Shown: piece by piece, positions 10,766 to 20,712 of the stretch
Numbering within the stretch: position 1 is the stretch's first letter
Layout: every line of letters starts with the position of its first letter
Assembly: GCA_044350515.1 (NCBI GenBank)
Contig: JBILHL010000002.1
Span: 1 to 64,000 of the forward strand
DNA: 64,000 nucleotides
Direction of reading: 5' to 3'
From: Crocinitomicaceae bacterium
GTDB taxonomy: Bacteria; Bacteroidota; Bacteroidia; Flavobacteriales_D; Crocinitomicaceae
The notes under the pieces: model-generated
The model's input: only the letters and a program-made list of their open reading frames with translations
Told to the model about the DNA's origin: nothing
Database searches by the model: none
Translations under genes and position numbers: made by a program

Positions 10766-11131
10766 TTAATACCAACTATCAAAAAATAAAAAATAGGGCT
10801 TATTAATCAATTTTCCCAATAAATAAATCCAAAATAGAATAGCAATGGGTACAACCAAAAAAGATAGTTTATTGAACTCCCAAGCTTCTTTAAAATCTAA
10901 ATGAATGAGGTGCATAACGCCTCGAGTTAAACCACAACCTAAACATTGTAAGTCAAATAAATAAACCGACAAACAAATACTTTCACCGCTATCAAAATAA
11001 TCCGCAGGTAAAAAGAGTAACAAAAAAGGTCCAACTAATAATAAAATTAGAAGGACCTTCCCAATATTTTTTTTTAACTTATTTGTTTCCAAAAATAACA
11101 ACAAGTGCGTGAATGAATCCAGGTAAACCAC
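10766..11131 (-). CDS. DUF2752-like small membrane protein
   Basis: CLGCGLTRG motif between hydrophobic helices. The ORF N-terminus overlaps the upstream gene by 53 nt, so the real start is probably internal. Confidence 0.45.
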   Translation of the reverse strand: MVYLDSFTHLLLFLETNKLKKNIGKVLLILLLVGPFLLLFLPADYFDSGESICLSVYLFDLQCLGCGLTRGVMHLIHLDFKEAWEFNKLSFLVVPIAILFWIYLLGKLINKPYFLFFDSWY

Positions 11132-11714
11132 ACAAAAGCGTTAAAATTAAATTCACTGTAACTCTGCTTGTCCAACTACCTTCGTATAAGTACATTGAAA
11201 TCACTGTACCAAATGGAACTAACAAAATCAATAATAAATAAACCCAATTTTCAACCAATGAACCTTTTTGGTTAAATTCCTTTGATTTAGCTTTTGCAAT
11301 TGTTCCTTTAAATTTCTTCGCTGAAACTTTTGTCGAAGTTGCATCATTTGTTGAGGTAGCAACAGTAGTTTCTTTTGCAACATTTTTTGAAGCCAAAACT
11401 TTATCAGTTGACAAACTTACAACTGATTGAATATCATCTGAAGTTGAAGCAACGTCAGTTGTTTCAATTGTCGAATAAGTGTTCGCCGACTCATTATTTT
11501 CAACTTTTTGAATTGATTTCACTTCTTTCACTTCAGCAACTTCTTCTTCTGAAGAATTATAAGAATCCATTTTCTTATCTTTTTTACCACCAATTGAAGT
11601 ATGATTCCAATTTACAGTGAACCCTTTTCGGTGGTAACGTTTCTGAATTGAACATGAATCAAGTGATAAAGATGCGATAAACGCTACAACAAATAATAAA
11701 CCTAGTTTTTTCAT
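11079..11714 (-). CDS. lipoprotein with Ser/Thr-rich linker and C-terminal Pmp3/YqaE (UPF0057) membrane domain
   Basis: Lipobox LSLDSC; C-terminus LLILLVPFGTVISMY...LLCGLPGFIHALVVI matches the Pmp3 proteolipid signature. Confidence 0.5.
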   Translation of the reverse strand: MKKLGLLFVVAFIASLSLDSCSIQKRYHRKGFTVNWNHTSIGGKKDKKMDSYNSSEEEVAEVKEVKSIQKVENNESANTYSTIETTDVASTSDDIQSVVSLSTDKVLASKNVAKETTVATSTNDATSTKVSAKKFKGTIAKAKSKEFNQKGSLVENWVYLLLILLVPFGTVISMYLYEGSWTSRVTVNLILTLLCGLPGFIHALVVIFGNK

Positions 11715-11892
11715 AATTTTAAATTTTTATTGCATAATTCTTCAAATATATCAACAAATTGTAAAAAAACAAATCTCATTTTTAAATAATCTTAACAAAA
11801 TTCAAAAGGTCTCAATTTTCAATTACAGGAATATTTGTGTTGGTTGAAAAAAGAATGCTTCATTTTCAAAATTAAGCGTAATTTAGTGCATT

Positions 11893-12462
11893 ATGGAATT
11901 TTTTGACGCACTTGATCCGTTTTTAAGAACCTATTGGTTTATTGCTTTACCAACAAGTTTGATTTTTATCATTCAAACAGCTATGACATTCATTGGTGTG
12001 GATGCATCCGAAGGATTAGATGCTGATTTTGATGGAAACTTAGATGGTGGAGATGGACCTTTTCAAGTTTTTTCTTTTCGCAACTTAATCAACTTTTTAC
12101 TTGGTTTTAGTTGGTCCGGTATCTCATTTTACGATACTATTTCAAATAAAACATTTTTACTAATTGTCGCTTTAGCAATTGGTGTTGCGTTTGTTTTGGT
12201 GTTTTTCTTTATTATGAAGCAAATACAGAAATTAGCTGAGGACAACACTTTCAAAATTGATGAAACGATTGGTAAAACAGCCGAAGTTTATCTTGCAATT
12301 CCAGCAAAAATGTCAGGAAAAGGAAAGGTAATGATTAGCGTAAAAGGCTCCTTTCACGAACTTCCAGCAATGACTGAAAACGAAAACAAAATCGCTTCAA
12401 ACGCAATGATTAAAGTCATTCGAGTTGAAAGTGACGAAATTCTTATTGTAGAACAAATTTAA
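11893..12462 (+). CDS. YqiJ/NfeD-like membrane protein (partner of flotillin)
   Basis: Two TM helices and a C-terminal OB-like KGKVMISVKGSFHELPA...IKVIRVE; lies immediately upstream of the flotillin gene. Confidence 0.55.
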   Translation: MEFFDALDPFLRTYWFIALPTSLIFIIQTAMTFIGVDASEGLDADFDGNLDGGDGPFQVFSFRNLINFLLGFSWSGISFYDTISNKTFLLIVALAIGVAFVLVFFFIMKQIQKLAEDNTFKIDETIGKTAEVYLAIPAKMSGKGKVMISVKGSFHELPAMTENENKIASNAMIKVIRVESDEILIVEQI

Positions 12463-12472
12463 TCTAACAACT

Positions 12473-13981
12473 ATGTCACCAATTATCATGATTGCCATTG
12501 CGGCGGTTGCGCTTTTTGCCACAATCTCTGCTTTAATTTCTCGCTACAAGCGTTGTCCTTCTGATAAAATCTTAGTGATTTACGGTCGAACAGGCGGTAC
12601 ATCTGCAAAATGTGTACATGGTGGAGGTGCTTTTATTTGGCCAGTAATTCAAGATTATGCGTTTTTAGATTTGAAACCACTTTCAATTGAAGCTAACTTA
12701 ACGAATGCTTTAAGCCGTCAAAATATTCGAGTAGATGTTCCTTGTCGATTTACGATTGCTATTTCAACTGAAACAGACAGTATGAACACTGCTGCTGAAC
12801 GTTTATTAGGTTTAAGCTCTGAGCAAATTCAAGAGTTAGCTAAAGACATTTTGTTTGGTCAATTACGTTTAGTTATTGCAACTATGACAATCGAAGAAAT
12901 CAACTCTGACCGCGATAAATTCTTAGATAATATCTCTAAAAATGTCGATAGTGAATTGAAAAAAATCGGTTTAAAATTGATTAATGTTAACGTAACTGAT
13001 ATTAAAGATGAATCAGGTTATATTGAAGCATTAGGTAAAGAAGCTGCAGCAAAAGCAATCAACGAGGCGAAAATTAGTGTTGCTGAACAAGAAAAAATCG
13101 GTGAAACAGGTAAAGCGTTAGCTGATAGAGAGAAAGATACACAAATTGCTGAAACACACAGAGATCGCGATGTAAAAATTGCAATTACCCAAAAAGATAG
13201 AGAAATTAGTATTGCATCAGCAGCTAAAGATGAATCAATTGGTAAGGCAGAAGCACAAAGAGATACGCGTGTGAAAACTTCCGAAGCAAATGCCATCGCC
13301 ATTCAAGGGGAAAACGAAGCAAAAATTGCAATTGCTAATTCAGAAGCGTTGAGAAGAGAAAAAGAAGCGGAATCCTTACGCATTGCAATCACAGCTGAAA
13401 AAGTACAACAAGCACGTGCTTTGGAAGAAGCTTATTTAGCAGAGCAAAAAGCAGAGTTAGCGCGTTCAGAAAGAGAGCGTTCAACACAAATAGCAAACAT
13501 TGTGATTCCTGCTGAAATTGCTAAACAACGAGCGATTATTGATGCACAAGCTGAAGCAGAACGCATTCGTGAGAATGCAAAAGGGGAAGCAGATGCCATT
13601 TTCGCAAAAATGGAAGCCGAAGCAAAAGGTTTATATGAAATCTTAACCAAACAAGCTGAAGGTTATAAAGAAGTTGTGGCTGCTGCTGGTGGTGATTCAA
13701 CGAAAGCCTTCCAATTATTGATGATTGAGAAATTACCTGAATTGGTTAAAACACAAGTGGAAGCAGTTAAAAACATTAAGATTGATAAAATCACTGTTTG
13801 GGATTCAGGTAATAATGCGGACGGTAATGGTTCAACAGCGAATTTCGTTTCTGGAATGATGAAAACGGTTCCTCCTTTAAATGACTTGTTTAATATGGCT
13901 GGTTTGAATCTTCCAACGTATTTAAAAGGAAACGATGAAGGGCAAAAAGCAAGTGATGCAACTATTGAAGAAACGAAATAA
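12473..13981 (+). CDS. flotillin / SPFH (band 7) family protein, YqiK-like
   Basis: 502 aa; N-terminal TM, SPFH core, long Ala/Glu-rich coiled coil (EAQAEAERIRENAKGEADAI). Confidence 0.8.
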   Translation: MSPIIMIAIAAVALFATISALISRYKRCPSDKILVIYGRTGGTSAKCVHGGGAFIWPVIQDYAFLDLKPLSIEANLTNALSRQNIRVDVPCRFTIAISTETDSMNTAAERLLGLSSEQIQELAKDILFGQLRLVIATMTIEEINSDRDKFLDNISKNVDSELKKIGLKLINVNVTDIKDESGYIEALGKEAAAKAINEAKISVAEQEKIGETGKALADREKDTQIAETHRDRDVKIAITQKDREISIASAAKDESIGKAEAQRDTRVKTSEANAIAIQGENEAKIAIANSEALRREKEAESLRIAITAEKVQQARALEEAYLAEQKAELARSERERSTQIANIVIPAEIAKQRAIIDAQAEAERIRENAKGEADAIFAKMEAEAKGLYEILTKQAEGYKEVVAAAGGDSTKAFQLLMIEKLPELVKTQVEAVKNIKIDKITVWDSGNNADGNGSTANFVSGMMKTVPPLNDLFNMAGLNLPTYLKGNDEGQKASDATIEETK

Positions 13982-14356
13982 TTGAGAAATTTAGTTCGGT
14001 TATTAATCGCGTCTCTTCTAAACTTTGCCGGACTTGGGCATTTATTTTGGTTGCGATTCGAATTCCAAGCTCAGGTTCCAAATTGGTTACCACTTGATCC
14101 TGATTTTGTTGTTATTTCTTCAGGTATTGTAGAACTAATTTTAGGGCTTTTACTCCTATTTTGGAAAAAACAACGAACAAAAATAGGATGGCTTATTGCT
14201 ATGTTTTTCGTGGTTATTTTTGTTGGAAATCTCAATCAATATTTTCAAGGAATTGACGCATTTGGCCTGAATTCAGACTTGAAAAGATTAATCCGTTTGC
14301 CCTTTCAACCGCTTTTAGTTATTGGTGTTTTGTGGTCGACAAAGGAAAAAAATTAA
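13982..14356 (+). CDS. small polytopic membrane protein (DoxX-like?)
   Basis: TTG start directly after the flotillin stop; three hydrophobic helices; no recognisable motif. Confidence 0.3.
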   Translation: MRNLVRLLIASLLNFAGLGHLFWLRFEFQAQVPNWLPLDPDFVVISSGIVELILGLLLLFWKKQRTKIGWLIAMFFVVIFVGNLNQYFQGIDAFGLNSDLKRLIRLPFQPLLVIGVLWSTKEKN

Positions 14357-14387
14357 GTCTAAGTCGTTGATTTTCCAATTTTTGCTT

Positions 14388-14885
14388 CTAAAAATCCCTA
14401 TTAATCCAATGCGGGTCATTATGATTTTCTTCAATTTTATCTTTGATTATTTGAATGCTTTTCGCAAGGATAAAAATGTCTTGCGATCCGTTTTTTTGTA
14501 ACCACAGCCAACTTTCATCTTCATGATCAACTGCTTTAGCAATGTGGTATAAAGTCTCAAAATTGTTTTGCAACAACCATTGTCCTGCGGCTTTATTTCC
14601 TTCGGCAGCATTAATCATTGCCATCAAATGTGGATAGCCGTTTTCCATCAACCAATCACGTGGTTTATCTTGCAAATAAATCGCTAAAACTCCGGCATAT
14701 AATTCACGGTAACCATTCAGATTCAACCAATCTTGCAATTTTTCGTCACCTTCAATCGCTTTTGCCCACGCTAAAATCACCATCGACGAATAATTCATCG
14801 GTTTCATCGCTACATTCGTTCTCGGTATAGCTTCCTGCACAACAGGCTTTGATTCTTTTTCCTTCTTTTTAAATGGATTCCACAT
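14388..14885 (-). CDS. hypothetical protein with four tandem ~22-aa repeats (WL.NGY....A pattern)
   Basis: Repeats LQDWLNLNGYRELYAGVLAI, PRDWLMENGYPHLMAMINAA, AGQWLLQNNFETLYHIAKAV, SWLWLQKNGSQDIFILAKSI; its start overlaps the upstream stop as TAATG. Confidence 0.45.
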   Translation of the reverse strand: MWNPFKKKEKESKPVVQEAIPRTNVAMKPMNYSSMVILAWAKAIEGDEKLQDWLNLNGYRELYAGVLAIYLQDKPRDWLMENGYPHLMAMINAAEGNKAAGQWLLQNNFETLYHIAKAVDHEDESWLWLQKNGSQDIFILAKSIQIIKDKIEENHNDPHWINRDF

Positions 14886-16123
14886 TAGGCGAAAAATAAA
14901 TACGAAACAAAGATAGCAACGATTCCACCGATTACATCACAAATAATTCCAGCTAGTGCTGCGTAACGTGTGTCTGCGACTTTTACCGAACCAAAATAAA
15001 CGGCTAAAACATAGAAAGTTGTTTCAGTACTTCCTTGAAAAGTTGAGGCTAATTTCCCAACAAATGAATCGGGACCAAAGGCTGGATTTTGATAAATTTC
15101 TATCATTAAACCTCTTGCTCCATTTCCTGAAAATGGTTTCATAAATATCACAGGCAAGGCATCAACAAATTCAACAGCTGTCAATCCGGCGAATAAAAAC
15201 CCATTCTTTATCAAGGTCATTCCATCTGTAAATGCGCCAGATGAACGAAACAATGAAATCGCTGCCAACATCGCAATTAAATAGGGTACAATGTTTAATG
15301 CGACTTCAAATCCGCCTTTTGCACCTTCGATAAAACTCTCAAAAAGATTCACTTTTGCTCGGACAGCAAGCCCAAAAAAGAACAAAATAATACCAAAAAT
15401 AATCGTGTTACTAACAACGGATGAAATAACATCAATTTTGTCTGGATAAGCATTTAAGATAAAAATCAATCCAAAAACAGCACTCGTTAAAGTGCCAAGA
15501 TAGAGAAGAACCACTTTGTTTAGTAAATTGATTTTCTGACGAATGGAAACATAAATTAAACCACCAAGTGTTGCGAAAAAAGTAGTGATTAAGATGGGAA
15601 GAAAAACAGACGAAATACTGTTTGAATTATTAGCTGCACGCGCGGCAAGAATACTCACTGGAATTATGGTCAAACCTGAAGCATTCAAAACCAAAAACAT
15701 AATTTGCGCATTCGAAGCCACTGACTTATTTGGATTTAATTCTTGCAAATCTTTCATCGCTTTCAGTCCAAAAGGTGTGGCTGCATTGTCCAAACCAAGC
15801 ATATTAGCTGAGAAATTCATCATAATCGAACCAACTGCAGGATGGTCTTTTGGAATTTCAGGAAACAAACGTGTAAATAAAGGTGCAACTAACTTTGACA
15901 TGATTTTTATTGCGCCACCTTCTTCGCCAATTTTCATAAAACCCATCCACAAACACAAAGCGCCTGTCATAAAAATGGATAACTCAAAACCGTTTTTGGA
16001 GGCTTCAAACAAAGCATCCATCATTTTTTGAAGAATCGCAGTGTCTTGCCAAAAAATAAGTTTTGAAAACCCCATCACAATCGCAATGAGAAACATACCA
16101 ATCCAAATTCGATTCAATACCAT
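14885..16123 (-). CDS. nucleoside-recognition (Gate) domain membrane protein, fused SpmA/SpmB-like
   Basis: 412 aa polytopic; duplicated Gate-domain architecture. Confidence 0.65.
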   Translation of the reverse strand: MVLNRIWIGMFLIAIVMGFSKLIFWQDTAILQKMMDALFEASKNGFELSIFMTGALCLWMGFMKIGEEGGAIKIMSKLVAPLFTRLFPEIPKDHPAVGSIMMNFSANMLGLDNAATPFGLKAMKDLQELNPNKSVASNAQIMFLVLNASGLTIIPVSILAARAANNSNSISSVFLPILITTFFATLGGLIYVSIRQKINLLNKVVLLYLGTLTSAVFGLIFILNAYPDKIDVISSVVSNTIIFGIILFFFGLAVRAKVNLFESFIEGAKGGFEVALNIVPYLIAMLAAISLFRSSGAFTDGMTLIKNGFLFAGLTAVEFVDALPVIFMKPFSGNGARGLMIEIYQNPAFGPDSFVGKLASTFQGSTETTFYVLAVYFGSVKVADTRYAALAGIICDVIGGIVAIFVSYLFFA

Positions 16124-16268
16124 TCAACGAAATTGCTGATAATTTTAACGCTTTTTAAACCTTCACGGCTTTTCTATTAACATACGTTATTGAATTACGA
16201 ATCAATGCTTGAGTTTTGAAGTCAATTGTTTGTTCGTGCGTACATTTGTTTCATCAAATTACAACTAC

Positions 16269-16982
16269 ATGAAAACAGTATTTCATTCTGAAGCATCAAG
16301 AGGTCACGCTAATCACGGTTGGTTAAACGCTAAACATTCTTTCAGCTTTGCAAGTTGGCAAAATCCAGAACGTATCCATTTTGGGGCTTTACGCGTTTTG
16401 AACGATGATGTAGTTGCACCATCAATGGGTTTCGGTAAACATCCGCATGAAAATATGGAAATCATCACGATTCCTTTGAAAGGTGCGCTGAAACACCAAG
16501 ACAGTATGGGAAATTCTTCAGTGATTGAAGCGGGAGAAGTGCAAGTGATGTCGGCTGGGACAGGCGTTCAACACAGTGAAGTAAATGCTAAAGAAGATGA
16601 AGCCATTAATCTATTTCAGATTTGGATTTTCCCCAACCAGCAAAACGTTACACCGCGCTATGACCAAATTCGTTACAACGAAGAGTCAATGAGAAATAAT
16701 TTCCTACAAGTTGTTTCACCTAATCCAGACGATGCAGGAACATGGATTCATCAAGATGCTTGGATTCACCTTTCGCAAATGGAGGCAGGAGCACATTTAA
16801 CGTATGAGCTGAAAAAAAGTGGAAATGGTGTTTATATCCTAAATATTGATGGTACTTATGAAATAGCTGAACAAACATTGAATAATCGCGACGCAATTGG
16901 CATCTGGGAAACTGAATCCGTTACGATTCACGCAAACAAAAGCGGTCGTTTGTTGTTGATTGAAGTTCCAATGATATTTTAA
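16269..16982 (+). CDS. pirin family protein
   Basis: HPHENMEIITIPLKG cupin metal site; start taken at MKTVFH inside ORF 16209..16982. Confidence 0.85.
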   Translation: MKTVFHSEASRGHANHGWLNAKHSFSFASWQNPERIHFGALRVLNDDVVAPSMGFGKHPHENMEIITIPLKGALKHQDSMGNSSVIEAGEVQVMSAGTGVQHSEVNAKEDEAINLFQIWIFPNQQNVTPRYDQIRYNEESMRNNFLQVVSPNPDDAGTWIHQDAWIHLSQMEAGAHLTYELKKSGNGVYILNIDGTYEIAEQTLNNRDAIGIWETESVTIHANKSGRLLLIEVPMIF

Positions 16983-16991
16983 ATTTAGAAA

Positions 16992-17627
16992 ATGAAACAC
17001 CCAATTATAGAAGATTTATCGTGGCGCTATGCTACTAAAAAATACAATCCTGAACTGAAAATTTCAGACGAAAACATCGAAATCATCAAAGAATCTTTGC
17101 GTTTGGTTCCAACAAGTTACGGCTTGTTTCCATTGAAATATATTTTTGTTGAGTCTAAAGAAATAAGAGAACAATTGCGACCGAAAGCTTGGGGACAAAG
17201 TCAAATAACTGACGCTTCCCATTTGTTGGTGATTTGTTCACACATTGAGCTTGACCACGATTACATAGACGGACATATTGAATTGACAGCCAATACAAGA
17301 AACATTGAACCAAGTACTATTCAAGGTTACGGAAACTTTGTGAAGACAAAAATTGGCGAAATGTCAGCTGAAAAACACAGCGACTGGAACGCAAAACAAG
17401 CCTATATTGCTTTGGGTCAACTGATGCATACCTGTGCAAGTTTACGCATTGATGCAACTCCAATGGAAGGATTTGATCCAACAGCTTTTGATGAAATTCT
17501 AGATTTAAGAAAGGATAATTTGAAATCGGTACTTGTGTGTGCGATGGGTTATCGTTCTGAAGAGGACAACAATCAACATTTGGCGAAAGTTAGAAAAAGC
17601 TCGGAGGATATTTTTGAAGTGAGGTAA
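16992..17627 (+). CDS. nitroreductase family NAD(P)H oxidoreductase
   Basis: 211 aa; SWRYATKKY...IIKESLRLVPTSYGLFP N-terminus typical of the NfsB/nitroreductase fold. Confidence 0.8.
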   Translation: MKHPIIEDLSWRYATKKYNPELKISDENIEIIKESLRLVPTSYGLFPLKYIFVESKEIREQLRPKAWGQSQITDASHLLVICSHIELDHDYIDGHIELTANTRNIEPSTIQGYGNFVKTKIGEMSAEKHSDWNAKQAYIALGQLMHTCASLRIDATPMEGFDPTAFDEILDLRKDNLKSVLVCAMGYRSEEDNNQHLAKVRKSSEDIFEVR

Positions 17628-17674
17628 AACACAAGTTTTTTTCCTACATTCGTCTATAATCAAAAACCCAACTT

Positions 17675-18088
17675 ATGAAATTTGTAGATGAATTTAAGGA
17701 CTTCGCCATGAAAGGAAATGTAATCGACATGGCAGTCGGAATTGTTATTGGAGTTGCGTTTGGCAGAATTGTCTCCTCCATCGTTAATGACATTTTGATG
17801 CCTCCAATCGGTGTACTTATTGGCGGTGTTAATTTTTCTGATTTGAAATTTATCATCAAAGAAGCAAGCGACAAAACACCTGCTGTAACAATCAACTATG
17901 GAAATTTTATTCAAGTTGTTTTTGATTTTTTAATCATTGCCTTTTCTATGTTTATTGTAATCAAAGCAATGAATGTGGCAAAACGTAAAAGAGAAAAAGA
18001 AGCGGAGGCTGAAAAACCAGCAATCGTTGAAGAACCAAAAGATTTGGAATTGCTTTCTGAGATTAGAGATTTGTTGAGAAAGAGCTAA
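17675..18088 (+). CDS. mscL: large-conductance mechanosensitive channel
   Basis: 137 aa; [35 protein letters not shown] is the MscL signature. Confidence 0.9.
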   Translation: MKFVDEFKDFAMKGNVIDMAVGIVIGVAFGRIVSSIVNDILMPPIGVLIGGVNFSDLKFIIKEASDKTPAVTINYGNFIQVVFDFLIIAFSMFIVIKAMNVAKRKREKEAEAEKPAIVEEPKDLELLSEIRDLLRKS

Positions 18089-18099
18089 TGAACATAAAT

Positions 18100-18305
18100 T
18101 TAAAGTAGCTATAAAGTCATTCTCTCATTTCTCATTCTCTCTCCGCCGCGAAGGACCTAAAATCCTAAAGTCATTCCTCATTCATCATTCTTTCCTAAAG
18201 TCTTAATGTCCTATCGTCATTCACTCATTCGTCATTTCCTCATAAAGTCTAACGTCTTAAAGTCATTCTCTCATTTCTCATTCCCTCATTCCCTCATAAA
18301 ATCCT
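18100..18305. repeat. low-complexity TCATTC/TAAAGTC-rich region; ~40-bp unit ttaaagtcattctctcatttctcattc(c)ctcatt occurs twice (around 18109 and 18258)
   Basis: Seen directly; lies in the convergent intergenic region between mscL and the VWA-like gene; ORF 18206..18394 inside it is low-complexity. Confidence 0.5.
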
Positions 18306-18308
18306 CCT

Positions 18309-20387
18309 TCAATAACTCCCCAAATACCTTCTCAAAAACCACTCTCCAGCCAGTAAAAGAAAGAGTAAAAGGAAGATGGAAAAATAATCCATAAGGTCGT
18401 TGAACGCTGTTTCTTCGTATTGAACATTTGCGATGTCTTCTCTTTTTTCAATGTCTGAAAGTAACGATTCATATTGATTCAATTGGTAAAATTTTCCGTT
18501 TGATTGTTTTGTTAGTTGCTTCATTACGCCGTGATTAGCAGAAGTTTCTGATTTTTCAATTTGAATATCTTCCACCACAAAATATCCTTGCTTGCTGTAC
18601 GATTTTCCATCGTAAGCCGTTTTTGCAGACCAATTGTATTTACCAGCTTTCAATTTACCCAACGAAAGTTTGTAAGATGAACCAAAAACACCAAATTGTG
18701 AACGGTAAACTTTCCCTTTTTCGTCCGTAACTTTCATGTCAATTAAAGGTTTTGTAATCGGTTCCAACGAAGCATTATAGAACGAAGCATTAACAATCAC
18801 CTCTTCATCAATTGTAAAACGTTTTTGAAATTCGACACGTAAACCCGCGCCTTGTTGTTTCACGAGCAAGTAATTAAAGACTTTACTCCAAAGTTCTTTG
18901 AACGCATCGTGACTTCCACTTCTCACAAAATCATTCAGTTTCCAACGCCATAAGCCTTCACCATAAAGTACGCCTGAACGCAAATTATTCTGTTGTTGAA
19001 AAAATAGTAAAGGTTCTTTTTTTCGGATTTGACCAATGCGTTGGTACAATAAGATTTCCGCATTTCCATTCATTTTCAAGCTGCCGAATTTGCTTTTCAA
19101 AGGTGGATAATAAGTCAAAGCATCCGACACTTTATCGTCGATTTCAAACGAAGAAAAACTTGGATTAAGAAAAGCTTGGTTGTCGTCAGTTTGATTTCCT
19201 GCAGCTAGGGTAAGTCCAAGATTTAGTTTCGAAAGTGCTCCATTTGTCGTATTTGGACCGATTATATAAAAAATCGGGATTTTCTTTGATTGAATCGCAT
19301 CCAAAGTTTGCGGGTCGAAATTAACTCCTGGTTCGTGCCAAATCACCAAGTTGACTTTGTCAAGTGATTTATTCCAATCTTTCAAAAGCACACTTTCCGC
19401 TTCGATGTTCTCGTTTGCATCTAAAACTTCTTTCAATGCTGAAATATCAGGATGTGGCGCTCCTCCTAAAATCAATACTTTACTGCGCGCATCAATAACT
19501 TCAATGTAAAAAGTACGCGTGTTATTTTTCAGTGTGTATTCATTTTCAACCGCATCAACTTTCACAGTGTAAGTCTGAAAACCTGGTTTTGTGGCATTTA
19601 ATACAAAATTTACTTGTTGAAAATCACGTTTCCCATTTTTATATTGAACCACTTGATTACCAACTTTTTGACCATTTTGAAAAATAGAAACATTCACACT
19701 GCGAGATCCGATTTTAAATGTTTCTAAATCAACTTCTACTGGAAAATCATTTTTCAAAAAAGCAATATCATTGACAGTTATATTTCGAATCAATTGATCT
19801 TTTTTCGGAGTTGTATCACCAACAGCAAGTGCAAAAACAGGCGTTAAACTAATTTTTTCTGCGGAATAACTCGGATTTGCACCAACGTTGTAATTTCCAT
19901 CAGAAATAAAAGCAATTCCACCAATATTACGGTTATAATAATCGACATTTATCTTTTCAAATCCCAATTCTAAAGCAGAGCTATTTTCTTGAAAGCTTGG
20001 GTCTTCAGTACCAACTTCCGAACCAATAGTCATTGTTACTAATTCAAAACGTTCCGCATATTTTGCTTTCAATTTTGCAAGAAAATCAGTAGTATTTTTG
20101 CGAACACTTCCGCTGTCTTTATAATTCATCATCGAAGAAGAATTGTCAACAAGCGCTATAAAAATTGGTTTTTCTTCTCGGTAATTAAGTGATTGAACGA
20201 TGAGTCCAAGAAGCAAAATCCCAATCAATGTCAAAGATGAAAATCGTAAAACTCGCAAAACCCATTGAAAGCTAGGTTTAACTTCCGCAAACCAACCTTT
20301 GTTTTGATAGTGAAAATAGGTTACTCCAGCTGCAACAAGTACGATTGGAATTAACCACCAAATTGAAAAATCAGAAATTAGATGCAT
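18309..20387 (-). CDS. large membrane protein with BatA-like N-terminus and VWA-like region
   Basis: 692 aa; N-terminal two TM helices then IALVDNSSSM (VWA MIDAS-like DxSxS); C-terminal TM helix. Confidence 0.45.
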   Translation of the reverse strand: MHLISDFSIWWLIPIVLVAAGVTYFHYQNKGWFAEVKPSFQWVLRVLRFSSLTLIGILLLGLIVQSLNYREEKPIFIALVDNSSSMMNYKDSGSVRKNTTDFLAKLKAKYAERFELVTMTIGSEVGTEDPSFQENSSALELGFEKINVDYYNRNIGGIAFISDGNYNVGANPSYSAEKISLTPVFALAVGDTTPKKDQLIRNITVNDIAFLKNDFPVEVDLETFKIGSRSVNVSIFQNGQKVGNQVVQYKNGKRDFQQVNFVLNATKPGFQTYTVKVDAVENEYTLKNNTRTFYIEVIDARSKVLILGGAPHPDISALKEVLDANENIEAESVLLKDWNKSLDKVNLVIWHEPGVNFDPQTLDAIQSKKIPIFYIIGPNTTNGALSKLNLGLTLAAGNQTDDNQAFLNPSFSSFEIDDKVSDALTYYPPLKSKFGSLKMNGNAEILLYQRIGQIRKKEPLLFFQQQNNLRSGVLYGEGLWRWKLNDFVRSGSHDAFKELWSKVFNYLLVKQQGAGLRVEFQKRFTIDEEVIVNASFYNASLEPITKPLIDMKVTDEKGKVYRSQFGVFGSSYKLSLGKLKAGKYNWSAKTAYDGKSYSKQGYFVVEDIQIEKSETSANHGVMKQLTKQSNGKFYQLNQYESLLSDIEKREDIANVQYEETAFNDLMDYFSIFLLLFLLLAGEWFLRRYLGSY

Positions 20388-20552
20388 CGCTTCAAAAATA
20401 GTTAGAATAAAGAAAAGAAGCGAAATTTAATTTTGAGTAATAGTTAAAAAGTTTGATAGAAAGGCTAATTGCAACTCAATTTTTAGGTTAAATAAAGGAA
20501 AACTGTAAACTAAAAACAAAGTGCAATAATCACAAGAATAAAGCTATAAAAC

Positions 20553-20590
20553 AAAAGCGAGAATGACGCTCTCGCACTCATTCTCGTTTT
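20553..20590. terminator. hairpin cgagaatga(cgctctcgcac)tcattctcg followed by TTTTGTTTT; candidate bidirectional terminator downstream of abiEii
   Basis: 9-bp perfect stem plus T-tract, seen directly. Confidence 0.4.
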
Positions 20591-20712
20591 GTTTTGTGAC
20601 CCCGAAAGTCGAAAAATCTAACTTTATAAAGAATTAAACACGCTGATGGATTGGGAGTTTACCACTCAAATAACGAAGGAAAAATAATAAAAATTAAATG
20701 AGAATAAATCTT

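Noticed and set aside
20590-20610. Direct repeat of the tRNA-Arg 3' end as an island att site
   Set aside because: Only an 8-nt match (TTGTGACC) exists, which is too short to call.
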